DNA of 59,982 nucleotides from Clostridia bacterium (GTDB lineage Bacteria; Bacillota; Clostridia; UMGS1883; UMGS1540), in the NCBI GenBank assembly GCA_045648645.1, contig JAZROH010000122.1:1-59982 (forward strand), read 5' to 3'. Numbering within the stretch: the first letter of the stretch is position 1; each line of letters opens with the position of its first letter. The notes beneath the pieces were generated by a model. That model ran no database searches. It was not told the origin of the DNA and was given only the letters and a program-made list of their open reading frames with translations. A program made the position numbers and the translations under genes. Below, piece after piece: positions 18,432-29,176 of this stretch.

Positions 18432-19442
18432 ATGTCAGAAAAGAAAAAAGCGCTTGAAGCGGCAATCGGTCAAATTGAAAAACAATTCGGCAAGGGTGCC
18501 GTTATGAAAATGGGCGAGAATACACATTTGAATGTAGAAGCAATTCCTACGGGGAGCCTTGCGCTGGACCTGGCACTGGGAATAGGCGGCGTGCCGCGGG
18601 GACGCATTGTGGAAATTTACGGACCTGAATCCTCCGGTAAAACCACCGTTGCCTTACATATTATAGCCGAAGCGCAAAAGCGTGGCGGCGAGGTTGCATT
18701 TATTGATGCGGAGCATGCGCTCGACCCGCAGTATGCAAAAAATCTCGGCGTGGATGTGGACGAGCTTATCGTAGCACAGCCGGATACGGGCGAACAGGCA
18801 CTTGAAATTGCAGAAGCCCTCGTTCGAAGCGGCGCGCTGGACGTTTTGGTTGTGGACTCGGTTGCGGCTCTTGTGCCGAAAGCAGAAATTGAAGGCGAAA
18901 TGGGTGACTCGCATGTCGGTTTGCAGGCACGTCTTATGAGCCAGGCACTCCGTAAGCTTGCGGGTGTTGTGAATAAGTCTAATACTACGGCAATTTTCAT
19001 TAACCAGCTGCGTGAGAAGGTTGGCGTAATGTACGGAAATCCCGAAGTTACCACCGGCGGTCGTGCCCTGAAGTTCTATGCTTCCGTCCGTCTTGACGTG
19101 CGCAGAGTGGAAGGCATTAAGGTAGACGGCAACATTGTGGGCAACCGCACACGCATCAAGGTTGTTAAAAATAAGGTTGCACCGCCCTTTAAGGAAGCGG
19201 AATGCGATATTATGTACGGGCAGGGTATCTCGAAGGTTGGCAATATCTTAGACCTTGCGGCAGAGTATGGTTTTCTCGAAAAAAGCGGCGCATGGTATTC
19301 TTATGATGGGCAGCGCATCGGGCAGGGCCGTGAAAATGCCAAGAAGTTTTTGACGGAAAACCCCGCCGTAATGGAAGAACTGGATAGAAAAGTGCGTGAA
19401 AAGGTGGGTGCGCAGGTGGCACCTGTTTCCACGGCAGAATAA
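18432..19442 (+). CDS. recA: recombinase RecA
   Basis: Unmistakable RecA sequence ([18 protein letters not shown]). ATG 18432 lies 8 nt after AAGGAG. The track start at 18423 is a GTG inside the RBS. Confidence 0.95.
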   Translation: MSEKKKALEAAIGQIEKQFGKGAVMKMGENTHLNVEAIPTGSLALDLALGIGGVPRGRIVEIYGPESSGKTTVALHIIAEAQKRGGEVAFIDAEHALDPQYAKNLGVDVDELIVAQPDTGEQALEIAEALVRSGALDVLVVDSVAALVPKAEIEGEMGDSHVGLQARLMSQALRKLAGVVNKSNTTAIFINQLREKVGVMYGNPEVTTGGRALKFYASVRLDVRRVEGIKVDGNIVGNRTRIKVVKNKVAPPFKEAECDIMYGQGISKVGNILDLAAEYGFLEKSGAWYSYDGQRIGQGRENAKKFLTENPAVMEELDRKVREKVGAQVAPVSTAE

Positions 19443-19458
19443 AAAAATAAGAAAAGCC

Positions 19459-19487
19459 TTGCAATTTGGGGCTTTTCATGATATACT
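19459..19487 (+). promoter_or_regulatory. promoter of the pheS T-box leader
   Basis: TTGCAA, 17 nt, TATACT. The -35 element lies in the loop of the recA terminator hairpin (19452-19476). Confidence 0.5.
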
Positions 19488-19493
19488 CAAAGA

Positions 19494-19731
19494 AAAGCAA
19501 TGAATGGGAGAGTAGGCAGAAGGTACCTTTCCGAGAGAAAAAACGCCGTCGGCTGGAAGCGTTTTAAGGGGAAATCTGCTGAAGTTCACCCGGGAGCTGC
19601 GCTTTTGAACAGGCAGTAGAGAGCGCCGCGTAAGACACGTTACGTCTTAATGAAGTGCCCGCCATAGGCGGGAATTAGGGTGGTACCGCGATGTCAAGTC
19701 GTCCCTATCGATGGATAGGGACGACTTTTTG
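19494..19731 (+). promoter_or_regulatory. T-box riboswitch leader, Phe specifier (UUC)
   Basis: T-box sequence AATTAGGGTGGTACCGCG lies at 19673-19690. The terminator GTCGTCCCTATC/GATAGGGACGAC plus a T-run lies at 19698-19731. The specifier candidate UUC-A is at 19585-19588 and pheS is downstream. Confidence 0.9.
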
Positions 19732-19750
19732 TATAATTTAGGAGGTTAGT

Positions 19751-20782
19751 ATGAGAGAAAAAATCGAACAGATGCGGCAAGCGATTTCCAACACATTGTG
19801 TGAGGGACTCGGGCGCGAAGGCTTTTCGAAGCTTCGCGAAAAATATTTAAGCCGTGCAGGCGAAATTCCGGGGCTTATGAAGGAAATGAAGAATATTCCC
19901 AAGGAAGAAAGACCGGAATTCGGTAAAATCGTTAACGAATTCAAGCAATGGGCAGAAAGCCGTTTTGACGAGGTGGAGGAAGCCCTTCGCAAAGCAGAGC
20001 TGGCAGCTAAAAATGCAAGCGAAGCCGTGGACGTAACCATGCCGGCAGAAAAAAACGAAATTGGTGCACTTCATCCCGTATCCCTTGTTAAAAGTGAAAT
20101 TATTTCCATTTTCCAAGGCATGGGCTTTGATGTATTTGAAGGGCCGGAAATTGAGACGGATTATTACAACTTCACGGCACTGAACGTACCGGAGGACCAT
20201 CCGGCACGTGCCGAACAGGATACTTTCTATATCACGGAAAACATTTTGCTCCGTACCCAGACTTCGCCGGGGCAGATTCGAACCATGGAAGTTAAAAAAC
20301 CGCCGATTAAGGTGCTCAGCCCCGGCAGAGTGTTCCGTTCGGACTATGATGCAACCCATTCGCCCATGTTCCATCAGATGGAGGGGTTGGTTGTAGATAA
20401 AAACATTTCGGTTTGTGACCTTTATGGGATGCTCGACCTGCTTGCGAAAAAAATCTTTTCCGACGATACAAAAACAAGACTTCGTCCGTCCTTCTTCCCC
20501 TTTACAGAGCCGAGTGTTGAAGTGGATGTTACCTGCTGCGAATGCGGCGGTACGGGCTGCAAGCTTTGCAAAGGAACAGGCTGGATTGAGGTGCTTGGCG
20601 GCGGAATTGTAAACCGGGTTGTGCTGGAAAACTGCGGAATTGACCCGGAAGAATATTCGGGACTGGCATTCGGTATCGGTATAGACAGAATTGCCATGCT
20701 GAAATATGGCATTAACAACATTCATATTCTGTTTGATAACGATATTCGTACGCTTCGGCAGTTTCGGATGACGCAGAGATAA
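19751..20782 (+). CDS. pheS: phenylalanine--tRNA ligase alpha subunit
   Basis: 343 aa. Class II motifs (FRSDYDATHSPMFHQMEG, GLAFGIGIDR). Confidence 0.95.
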   Translation: MREKIEQMRQAISNTLCEGLGREGFSKLREKYLSRAGEIPGLMKEMKNIPKEERPEFGKIVNEFKQWAESRFDEVEEALRKAELAAKNASEAVDVTMPAEKNEIGALHPVSLVKSEIISIFQGMGFDVFEGPEIETDYYNFTALNVPEDHPARAEQDTFYITENILLRTQTSPGQIRTMEVKKPPIKVLSPGRVFRSDYDATHSPMFHQMEGLVVDKNISVCDLYGMLDLLAKKIFSDDTKTRLRPSFFPFTEPSVEVDVTCCECGGTGCKLCKGTGWIEVLGGGIVNRVVLENCGIDPEEYSGLAFGIGIDRIAMLKYGINNIHILFDNDIRTLRQFRMTQR

Positions 20783-20796
20783 GGGGGTAGAGAAAG

Positions 20797-23193
20797 ATGA
20801 AAGCACCACTTGGTTGGCTTAGGGATTATGTAGATATAGATATACCGGTAGAGGAGCTTAAGGAAAAGCTTTTCTCCAGCGGTTTCGAGGTAGAAGAGGT
20901 TATATACCTTGGAGAAGAGATTACAAAATGTGTAGTCGGACAGATTACGCATATTGAAAAGCATCAGGATTCCGACCATTTGCAGATTTGCCGTCTTGAC
21001 TGCGGCGAAGAATGGGGACGGGATATTCAGATTGTAACGGGGGCAGACAACGTTTTTGTCGGTGCTAAGGTTCCGGTAGCACTTGACGGCTCCACCCTTG
21101 CCGGCGGCATTAAAATTAAAAAAGGAAAGCTTCGCGGCGTAGAGTCCTTCGGTATGCTTTGCTCCGGTGAGGAACTCGGCATAAACGAAAATTGGTATGA
21201 AGGCGCAGAGGTTTACGGGATTTTAATTTTAGAGGACACAGCCCCGATTGGAGAAGATATTCGAAAAATCGTGGGTCTGGATGAATATGTATTTGATATT
21301 TCCATCACGGCAAACCGCCCCGACTGTCAGTCCATCCTCGGCATGGCAAGAGAAATTGCGGCAATTTTGAAAAAGCCTGTGAAAATGCCGGATATGTCTT
21401 TTGTGGCGCATAAGGAAGCAAACGATGACGGACTTCGGGTTTCGGTAGAGGCGCAAGACCTTTGTCCCCGCTATATTGCCCATTACGTAAAGGATGTTAA
21501 AATTGAAAAAGCACCGCTTTGGATGCGCAAGCGTCTGGCGATGGTGGGCATTAATGCCATCAGTAACATTGTAGACATTACAAACTTTATTTTGATGGAG
21601 CTTGGTCAGCCGATGCACGCGTTTGACCTTTCCGATCTCGGTGGAAAGACGATTGACGTAAGGCGCGCTAAAAACGGAGAAAAGATAACAACACTCGACG
21701 AAAAAGAGTTTACCTTAAATGAAAATAATCTTGTGATTTGTGACGCTGCAAGACCCGTTGCCCTGGCAGGCATTATGGGTGGTCTTAACAGCGAAATTAA
21801 GGCTACAACAAAGGACGTTGTATTTGAATCCGCCAAATTTGCAAGGGATAGTGTAAGAAAGACCTCAAGAAGCCTTGGGCAGTCTTCGGATTCCAGTGCA
21901 AAGTTCTGCAAGGGTGTGGATGAATACACAACGCAGTGTGCCATGAAGCGCGCACTCCATCTTATAGAAGAGCTTGCCTGCGGTACCGTTTCGGAAACCG
22001 GATATGAAATTGCGGCAAAAGAAATTAAACCTGCCGTTATCAAAACCACCTTTGCAAAAATCAATAAGGTTTTGGGCATCACAGTGCCGAATGATACGAT
22101 TGCCGAAATTTTAAAGAGCCTTGAATTTAAGGTGGACGTGGATGGGGAAACCATTACCGCCGAAGCGCCCCCTTACCGCGAAGACGTATTCGGGTACGAG
22201 GATTTGGCAGAGGAAGTAATTCGGCTTTACGGTTACTCGCACATTACCCCGCAGCTTCTGCCCTTTGCCGCAGTCACCAACGGCGGACTTACGGAAGAAC
22301 AGAAAATGGAGCTTAAGGCGAAAAATGCACTTGTAAAGCAAGGCGCGTTTGAGGCTGTGACCTTCAGCTTTTATTCCGTAAAGGAACTGGATATGCTGCG
22401 CCTTGCGGCAGACAGTCCGCTTCGGAATGCAATCCGGATAGATAATCCTATAAGCGAAAATTATTCCATTATGTGCACAACCCTCGTTCCGAACATCATA
22501 AATATTATGGTGAAAAACTTTAAAAACGGAAACGATGCCGGAAGATTTTTTGAGCTTGCCAATGTGTATATCGCAGATGCATTCCCGCTTACAAAATTGC
22601 CTGCAGAAAATAAGACAATTGTGGTAGGCGCGTATGGCGACAAAGAAGACTTCTTCAAGGTAAAGGGTATTGTGGAAGGCATTGCAGATGAATTCGGGCT
22701 GACATTTACTTATCAAAAAGCGGAAAAATCCTTCCTCCATCCCGGCATTACGGCGGAGATTCTTTGCGGCGGGGAAGTGATTGGATATATCGGCAAGCTT
22801 TCGTATGAGGTATGCGAGGAAATTTCGCTTGCAAAGGATGCTTTTGTTGCCGAAATTAACTATGAAGCACTTAAGAAGAATTTTAAAAGCACGATGAAGT
22901 ATGCGCCCCTGCCGAAGTTCCCCGATGTGGTGCGTGACTTTGCCTTTGTTTGCGATGAAGCGCTTACTTGCGGCGAAATTGAAGGGGTTATCCGTGCCGC
23001 CTGCAAAAATGTGGTCAGCATACAGCTTTTCGATATTTTTAGAGGTAAGCAAATCGGAGAAGGGAAAAAGAGCATGGCATATACGGTAACGTTCCGTGCG
23101 CAGGACAAACAGCTCGGGGATGAAGCCGTAACACGTATGACAGATAAAATTCTGAAAAACATGGAAAAGGAGTTAGGCGTTGTACTGCGCTAA
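20797..23193 (+). CDS. pheT: phenylalanine--tRNA ligase beta subunit
   Basis: 798 aa. It starts MKAPLGWLRDYVDI and has the tRNA-binding, B3/4, B5 and FDX-ACB layout. Confidence 0.95.
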   Translation: MKAPLGWLRDYVDIDIPVEELKEKLFSSGFEVEEVIYLGEEITKCVVGQITHIEKHQDSDHLQICRLDCGEEWGRDIQIVTGADNVFVGAKVPVALDGSTLAGGIKIKKGKLRGVESFGMLCSGEELGINENWYEGAEVYGILILEDTAPIGEDIRKIVGLDEYVFDISITANRPDCQSILGMAREIAAILKKPVKMPDMSFVAHKEANDDGLRVSVEAQDLCPRYIAHYVKDVKIEKAPLWMRKRLAMVGINAISNIVDITNFILMELGQPMHAFDLSDLGGKTIDVRRAKNGEKITTLDEKEFTLNENNLVICDAARPVALAGIMGGLNSEIKATTKDVVFESAKFARDSVRKTSRSLGQSSDSSAKFCKGVDEYTTQCAMKRALHLIEELACGTVSETGYEIAAKEIKPAVIKTTFAKINKVLGITVPNDTIAEILKSLEFKVDVDGETITAEAPPYREDVFGYEDLAEEVIRLYGYSHITPQLLPFAAVTNGGLTEEQKMELKAKNALVKQGAFEAVTFSFYSVKELDMLRLAADSPLRNAIRIDNPISENYSIMCTTLVPNIINIMVKNFKNGNDAGRFFELANVYIADAFPLTKLPAENKTIVVGAYGDKEDFFKVKGIVEGIADEFGLTFTYQKAEKSFLHPGITAEILCGGEVIGYIGKLSYEVCEEISLAKDAFVAEINYEALKKNFKSTMKYAPLPKFPDVVRDFAFVCDEALTCGEIEGVIRAACKNVVSIQLFDIFRGKQIGEGKKSMAYTVTFRAQDKQLGDEAVTRMTDKILKNMEKELGVVLR

Positions 23194-23200
23194 GAAGGGT

Positions 23201-23752
23201 ATGAAATATACGATGGAAATTGCAGGGCTTCGGCGGGATTTACCTCTTTGCCCTATAAATGAAAACTTATATATCGGCGCATTTATTATGTTCAGCGACG
23301 TAGAGCTTACCACGGCGTGCGCGGCGGCTCTCTTAGAAAAGGCACCGGATTTTGATGTTTTGGTAACAGCAGAGTCGAAAGGGATTCCTCTTTGCTATGA
23401 AATGGCACGGCAGAGCGGAAAGCCGTATGTAGTTGCAAGAAAAGGCGAGAAGCTATATATGGAAGATGTTTTAAAGGCAGAGGTGCAGTCGATTACCACA
23501 AAAGGAATACAGACCCTTTGTATCGGGAAAAAGGAACGGGAGCTTATGCAAGGTAAGCGCGTTTTGGTGGTAGACGATGTAATCAGTACAGGGGCATCCC
23601 TTAAAGTTTTGGATGCGCTTGTGCAAAAGGCGGGCGGAAAGATTATCGGGGAAATGGCTGTGCTTGCCGAAGGGGAAGCGGCAGACCGGATAGATATTGT
23701 TTTTCTGGAAAAACTGCCCCTGTTCGATAAGGAAGGAAATCCTTTGGTATGA
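23201..23752 (+). CDS. phosphoribosyltransferase family protein (purine/adenine PRT-like)
   Basis: The PRPP-binding motif VLVVDDVISTGAS is present. ATG 23201 follows AAGAAGGG. The track TTG at 23180 overlaps the pheT end. Confidence 0.7.
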   Translation: MKYTMEIAGLRRDLPLCPINENLYIGAFIMFSDVELTTACAAALLEKAPDFDVLVTAESKGIPLCYEMARQSGKPYVVARKGEKLYMEDVLKAEVQSITTKGIQTLCIGKKERELMQGKRVLVVDDVISTGASLKVLDALVQKAGGKIIGEMAVLAEGEAADRIDIVFLEKLPLFDKEGNPLV

Positions 23753-25218
23753 GTAAGAAAAAGAAAGGTGCGGGCGAGGGACTTTCGCCTGCACCGGAAA
23801 TGGAAGCATTTTTGCATCGGATTTTGTATCGGGTGCGGCTTCCCAAAAAAGAAAGCAAGGCGCTGAAGGAAGACTTTTTGCGCCTTTTCGCGTTTTATAA
23901 AAAGGCGGGGCTTTCGGCGGAAGAAATAGAGGAAAGAGTGGGAGATGATATTCTCGGTGATTTTTACTGTCCGCCCTCTCCTGATGAATGGTATCGGCTT
24001 GACAGTGCGGCGAAAGTGTACCCCCTTTCCATGACGCATACCCGCGGCACGATGTTTCGTGTTTCGGCGTACATGCAGGAGGAAGTGGTGCCGGCGGTGC
24101 TGCAGGTGGCGCTTCTTTCGGTGATAAAACGATTTCCCGTCTTTTCTACCGCTATGAAAAGGGGCGTGTTCTGGCATTATTTTGACGCTGTTCGTTGCCG
24201 CTTTTTCGTGCGGGAGGAGAAACAGCCGCCTTGCTCCAAAATTTTTCTCGGACGAAGACAAACCCCGTGTTTTCAGGCGCTTTACTATAAAAACAGAATT
24301 GCACTGGAAATTTTCCATGCATTAACGGATGGTACGGGCGCGATGGTTTTCTTAAAAACCTTGGTGCGGGAATATCTGCGCCTTATGGGGACGCCGGTTT
24401 TGGTGCAGCTTCCGGATTTAGAAGAGGAACCGCCCTTTGAAGAAGCAGAAAATGCCTTCGGGCAGGCTGAAAAACAAAAAAAGGGAAGTGGATTTTTGCA
24501 ACGCATGGCGCTGCAACCCGGTAAGGGGAAGCGGAAAAGGAAAACCCCACGGATTTTGCATTTTATTATGCCTACGGAAGCACTTCGCGCGGCAGCAAAA
24601 AGAGAAAATGCCACCGTGACGGTGTATCTGACAAGTCATATTTTTTCCGCTGTCCGAAAAACGGTTTCTTATGCAGGCGGGGAGGAATGTATGCAGGTAC
24701 AGGTGCCGATTAACATGCGGCGTTTTTATCCGTCCAAAACCCTTCGGAATTTTTCACTGTATGCCGTAATCAGCTTGCCGTATAAAATAAAAAACAGGGA
24801 AGCTATGGTGCCGGAAATAAGGAAACAACTGGAGGCACAGACGGAAAAAGAAGCGCTGGCACGCATGCTGTACAGTGCAAATCAAATGGCAACGGGCGCG
24901 CTTGTGCGCAGTATGCCGCTGGGACTTAAAGGGCTGGTGCTGAAAAAGGTTTACGGTATTTTGGGCGAACAGGTATTATCAAGCACGCTTTCGAACTTAG
25001 GCAGAGTGGAAGAGGATTTCGGCGAGCATGTCCGCTTTTTTGATTTTGTGCTGGGTGCTACGTGCAAGACAAACGTAAAATGCACACTAGTTTCCTATAA
25101 GGATACCGCTGTGCTGACGGTAACAGACTCTATGCGGGACAAAACATTTCCCGCTTCTATTGCCCGCGCCCTTTCTGAAGCGGAAATTCCGTTTTATATT
25201 GAGGGGGTGGCAGAATGA
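23749..25218 (+). CDS. HxxxD-motif acyltransferase (condensation / alcohol acetyltransferase superfamily)
   Basis: 489 aa with the HALTDGTG catalytic-type motif. The ATG overlaps the upstream stop. Confidence 0.55.
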   Translation: MSKKKKGAGEGLSPAPEMEAFLHRILYRVRLPKKESKALKEDFLRLFAFYKKAGLSAEEIEERVGDDILGDFYCPPSPDEWYRLDSAAKVYPLSMTHTRGTMFRVSAYMQEEVVPAVLQVALLSVIKRFPVFSTAMKRGVFWHYFDAVRCRFFVREEKQPPCSKIFLGRRQTPCFQALYYKNRIALEIFHALTDGTGAMVFLKTLVREYLRLMGTPVLVQLPDLEEEPPFEEAENAFGQAEKQKKGSGFLQRMALQPGKGKRKRKTPRILHFIMPTEALRAAAKRENATVTVYLTSHIFSAVRKTVSYAGGEECMQVQVPINMRRFYPSKTLRNFSLYAVISLPYKIKNREAMVPEIRKQLEAQTEKEALARMLYSANQMATGALVRSMPLGLKGLVLKKVYGILGEQVLSSTLSNLGRVEEDFGEHVRFFDFVLGATCKTNVKCTLVSYKDTAVLTVTDSMRDKTFPASIARALSEAEIPFYIEGVAE

Positions 25219-25871
25219 GAATATGTAAAGCCTGTAAAACGCAAATCGGAGATGCCTTTCGTTTGTGCCCCGTTTGCGGTATGACGCAAACGGATGTACA
25301 GGAAGCGGCTGCCTTATATCCCATGGCGAAAAAAAACGGCATACTGTTTTTCTGGCGGCGGCTTATGGTGGCATTTCTTTGGCTTGGAAGCACCATATCC
25401 TGCCTTATAAATACTATAGTGGGTGGTGCGCCTTGGGCAATTTATGTGGTGCTCGGGGCCTATACCGCATACGTAATTTTCCTTGAATGGGAAACGGCTG
25501 AAATCAGCATTATACGCCGTATTATTTCGGGAAGCGTGGCAATCAGCTTTTTACTTTTCGGGATAGAGAAAAGCACGCAGTCGGGGGCATGGGCAACAGA
25601 GCTTGCCATTCCCTTAGTGCTCCTTGCAGGTCTGGTTGCCGCTGTGACACTTTATTTCTCGGCATTTCGTCGCTATGCAGCACAGTTTTTACCAATTCTG
25701 CTTATTGCTTTTGGTGCGCTGGTAGCGGCAGCGCTCGGCATTCGCGGTGTTTTGCCCATGCATTGGCCGCTCATTGCCTTTTCGGGCTTTGCGCTTTTAG
25801 TGCTTATAGCAATTGTTGCTACGTTTTGGCGGCGGCTTTGGGCAGAGGTTAAGAAAAAAATGCACAGATAA
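25215..25871 (+). CDS. zinc-ribbon membrane protein
   Basis: It has N-terminal CKACKTQIG..CPVCG followed by about 5 hydrophobic segments. It overlaps the upstream gene by 4 nt. Confidence 0.6.
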   Translation: MRICKACKTQIGDAFRLCPVCGMTQTDVQEAAALYPMAKKNGILFFWRRLMVAFLWLGSTISCLINTIVGGAPWAIYVVLGAYTAYVIFLEWETAEISIIRRIISGSVAISFLLFGIEKSTQSGAWATELAIPLVLLAGLVAAVTLYFSAFRRYAAQFLPILLIAFGALVAAALGIRGVLPMHWPLIAFSGFALLVLIAIVATFWRRLWAEVKKKMHR

Positions 25872-26015
25872 TGCGGTATTATCTTGGGGGATTTCACCAA
25901 AAAGTTTGTAGGATTTTGTGAAAAACCGAAATTTCCGCATCTCCTGATACGAGGAGTTGACTTTTTCGGCAAAATATGGTAAACTAAAAGAAATATAATA
26001 AAGCAGGAAGGAAGA

Positions 26016-27062
26016 ATGAATATGAAAATCAGATGGGGTATTATCGGCTGTGGCGGTATTGCAAGACGGAGAACCATTCCGGGTCTTGTAGGCGCTGCCA
26101 ATGCAGAACTTGTAGCCGTTATGGATACAAATGAAACATTTGCAAAGGAAGTAGCAGAAGAATTTGGCGTAAAGCATGCATTTTCCGATATGGATGCGCT
26201 TTTAGCACTCGATGAGGTGGATGCCGTTTATATTGCAACGCCTGTTTTCTGCCATAAAGAACAGGTGATTGCCGCTGCCAATGCAGGCAAGCACATACTT
26301 TTGGAAAAGCCCATGGCGCTGACAAGTGCAGAGGCGGAAGAACTGAAGGCACTTTGCGACGCAAAGGGTGTACGCCTCAGCATCGGTCTTATGATGCGTT
26401 TCCATGCCTACCATGAGGAAATGAAACGTCTTATCGCAGAAGGCGCTATCGGCGATATTGTTTCCATCCGTTCTCAGTTTGCATGCTGGTATCCAGATAT
26501 GCCGGGCGTATGGCGGCAGGATAAAGCAAAATCCGGCGGCGGTGCACTTGTAGACCTTGGCGTACATTGTATTGACCTTGTACAGTATGTAACAGGGCTT
26601 CGTGCAAAGGAAGTAACGGCGATTTGCGAAACCCAGACCTTCTCCTACGGCGTGGATGACAGCGCTACAGTTTTGATGCGTATGGATAACGGTGCGCTTT
26701 GTGTTATCGAATCCAACTTTAATATTCCGGATGATGCCGTAACGGGGAAAATTGAAATTTACGGTACAGCCGGCAGCATGCGTGCCGACGGCACACTTGC
26801 GCAGGAAGAAGTGGGCACGGTGCAGATTTTGCGTAGCGATGCAGGCAAGGCATATGATGCCGCCCAGACAAGACAGGGTAACACTTCGGAATATATCGAT
26901 GTTCCCACAGGCAATATGTACACAAAGGAAGTAGAGCGATTCGGCGATGCAATTGCAAACGGCACAGAAGCGCCTGTGCCTGCAGCAGATGCTATCTTTG
27001 TACAGAAAATTGTAGAAGCGGCATATGCGGCAAGCGAAGAAAAGCGCTTCGTAACGGTGTAA
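26016..27062 (+). CDS. Gfo/Idh/MocA family oxidoreductase
   Basis: It has an N-terminal Rossmann GIIGCGGIARR and the EKP motif (LLEKPMA). ATG 26022 is an alternative start. Confidence 0.85.
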   Translation: MNMKIRWGIIGCGGIARRRTIPGLVGAANAELVAVMDTNETFAKEVAEEFGVKHAFSDMDALLALDEVDAVYIATPVFCHKEQVIAAANAGKHILLEKPMALTSAEAEELKALCDAKGVRLSIGLMMRFHAYHEEMKRLIAEGAIGDIVSIRSQFACWYPDMPGVWRQDKAKSGGGALVDLGVHCIDLVQYVTGLRAKEVTAICETQTFSYGVDDSATVLMRMDNGALCVIESNFNIPDDAVTGKIEIYGTAGSMRADGTLAQEEVGTVQILRSDAGKAYDAAQTRQGNTSEYIDVPTGNMYTKEVERFGDAIANGTEAPVPAADAIFVQKIVEAAYAASEEKRFVTV

Positions 27063-27066
27063 AACA

Positions 27067-28791
27067 ATGAAGGGCTCATTTTGGAAATTTCTGAAATACT
27101 ATAAGCCTTATGTGTGGATTATGGCGGCGGATTTATTATGCGCCGCCTTTTCCGGTGTTTGCGAGCTTGTATTTCCTGTGATTGTGCGGGAAATTACGGA
27201 CAGGGCATCGGCGGGGACGCTTGTTATGTCCCTGATCCTGCGACTTGGTGGTTTATACATGTTTTTGCGGCTTTTAGATACGCTTGCAAACTATTATATG
27301 AGCAATATCGGGCATGTTATGGGAGCAAGGCTCGAAACGGACATGCGGCGGGATTTGTTTGACCATCTCCAAAAGCTTTCCTTCCGTTTTTTCGATAATG
27401 CCAAGGTGGGGCAGATTATGTCCCGCATTACCCATGACCTTTTTGATATCACGGAGTTTTCACATCATTGTCCGGAAGAATTCTTTATTTCCGGCATTAA
27501 AATAATAGGTGCGTTTATTATACTTCTTCGGGTGAATGTTCCGCTGACACTTATCTTGTTCCTGCTTTTGCCGCTCATGCTCCTTTCCCGCATCTTTTTG
27601 CGGCGCAAAATGAAGGATGCTTTTAAATATCAGAGAGAGCAGGTGGGCGAGCTGAATGCGCAGCTTGAGGATAACCTGCTCGGCATCCGCGTTGTGAAAA
27701 GCTTTGCCAATGAAGACTATGAAAGAGAACGCTTTGAGGACGGCAATCAACGCTTTTTAGGAGCGAAGAAAAACGCGTATAAGTACATGGCGCTTTTTCA
27801 TGGCGGCATCCGTTTCTTTGACGGTGTAATGTATATTGCCGTTATTATCATTGGCGCGGCGTATTTATTGGCGGGGAAAATTACACCCGGTGATTTTCTT
27901 GCCTATCTTTTGTATATTCAAACACTTATTGCATCCCTTCGCCGTCTTGTGGAATTTACCGAACAGTTTCAGCGAGGTACCACAGGTATTGACCGATTCA
28001 TGGAGATAATGCAGGAGCCTGTGGAAATTGCGGATAAAGAAAATGCTGTGCCGCTTCGAGCAGTAAAGGGGCACGTACAGTTTGATAATGTGAGCTTTCG
28101 ATATTCCGAGGAAGGGAAAACGGTACTTTCGCATATTGATTTGCAGGTTTCGCCCGGCGAAAACATTGCACTTGTCGGACCTTCCGGCGGCGGAAAAACG
28201 ACGCTTTGCAGTTTAATCCCCCGCTTTTACGAAGCGGTGGAAGGTCGTATTTTGATAGATGGACAGGATGTGCGGGACGTAACGCTTGAATCTCTCCGGC
28301 GAAACATCGGGGTCGTGCAGCAGGATGTATATCTTTTTAGCGGTACGGTAGGTGAAAACATTCTTTACGGAAGACCCGATGCTACACAAAAAGAGGTAGA
28401 GGAAGCGGCACGGGCGGCAGGAGCACATGCATTTATTGCAGCGCTTCCCGATGGATATAACACTTATGTGGGCGAGAGAGGCGTGAAGCTTTCCGGCGGA
28501 CAAAAGCAGCGCATTGCCATTGCAAGATTATTTTTGAAAAACCCGCCCATTTTAATTTTGGATGAAGCCACCAGCGCACTGGATAATGAAAGTGAACGAC
28601 TGGTGCAGGAATCCTTAGACCGACTGGCACACGGACGCACAACGTTTACCATTGCCCACCGCCTTACCACCGTGCGGGGTGCAGACAGAATTTTGGTTTT
28701 GACGGAAAACGGAATTGAGGAAACGGGAACGCACGAAACGCTTCTCCAAAAAGGAGGCATCTATGCCTCTCTTCACAGCCTGTACAGTTAA
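27067..28791 (+). CDS. ABC exporter, fused permease/ATPase (MsbA-like)
   Basis: 574 aa with a 6-TM domain, then GPSGGGKTT, LSGGQKQR and LILDEATS. Confidence 0.9.
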   Translation: MKGSFWKFLKYYKPYVWIMAADLLCAAFSGVCELVFPVIVREITDRASAGTLVMSLILRLGGLYMFLRLLDTLANYYMSNIGHVMGARLETDMRRDLFDHLQKLSFRFFDNAKVGQIMSRITHDLFDITEFSHHCPEEFFISGIKIIGAFIILLRVNVPLTLILFLLLPLMLLSRIFLRRKMKDAFKYQREQVGELNAQLEDNLLGIRVVKSFANEDYERERFEDGNQRFLGAKKNAYKYMALFHGGIRFFDGVMYIAVIIIGAAYLLAGKITPGDFLAYLLYIQTLIASLRRLVEFTEQFQRGTTGIDRFMEIMQEPVEIADKENAVPLRAVKGHVQFDNVSFRYSEEGKTVLSHIDLQVSPGENIALVGPSGGGKTTLCSLIPRFYEAVEGRILIDGQDVRDVTLESLRRNIGVVQQDVYLFSGTVGENILYGRPDATQKEVEEAARAAGAHAFIAALPDGYNTYVGERGVKLSGGQKQRIAIARLFLKNPPILILDEATSALDNESERLVQESLDRLAHGRTTFTIAHRLTTVRGADRILVLTENGIEETGTHETLLQKGGIYASLHSLYS

Positions 28792-28837
28792 ATTCTGCGG
28801 TTTTTCACCGAATTTTTAGAAAAAATGTAAAAAAGGC

Positions 28838-28866
28838 TTGACAAAACAGGCGAAAACGGGTATACT
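28838..28866 (+). promoter_or_regulatory. promoter of the second T-box leader
   Basis: TTGACA, 17 nt, TATACT. Confidence 0.55.
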
Positions 28867-28872
28867 ATAATA

Positions 28873-29155
28873 AATTAATATGGATAAAGGCAATGAAGAG
28901 AAGGAGTACCTGTCATGGAACCCTATAGAGAGAAGCGGATGGTGGAAGCGCTTTGGCGGAAGGGCAGGGAAGTAGTCTTGGAGCTGCGGACCGAAAAGAG
29001 CAATCTTGCTTTGAGTAGACTTCGACGGAAATTCCAACCGTAAAAATGGGAAACGGCATACATGTGCCGATTGAGGTTTGTCGCGTGAGCGGCAGATGAA
29101 TTTAGGTGGTACCACGAGTCATTCGTCCTAAACGCAGGGTGAATGACTTTTTTGT
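28873..29155 (+). promoter_or_regulatory. T-box riboswitch leader, probable Val specifier
   Basis: T-box sequence AATTTAGGTGGTACCACG lies at 29099-29116. The terminator AGTCATTC/GAATGACT plus a T-run lies at 29117-29153. GUA/GUC codons sit at 28972-28977 in the specifier region. valS is the second gene downstream. Confidence 0.85.
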
Positions 29156-29176
29156 TTGCAGGAAAGGATGATACGA

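Noticed and set aside
28969-28977. Alternative specifier assignment for the second T-box, where simple alignment to the pheS leader puts UAG at the UUC position.
   Set aside because: A stop-codon specifier is implausible. GUA and GUC flank that position and valS is in the operon, so Val is retained but flagged as needing a covariance-model alignment.
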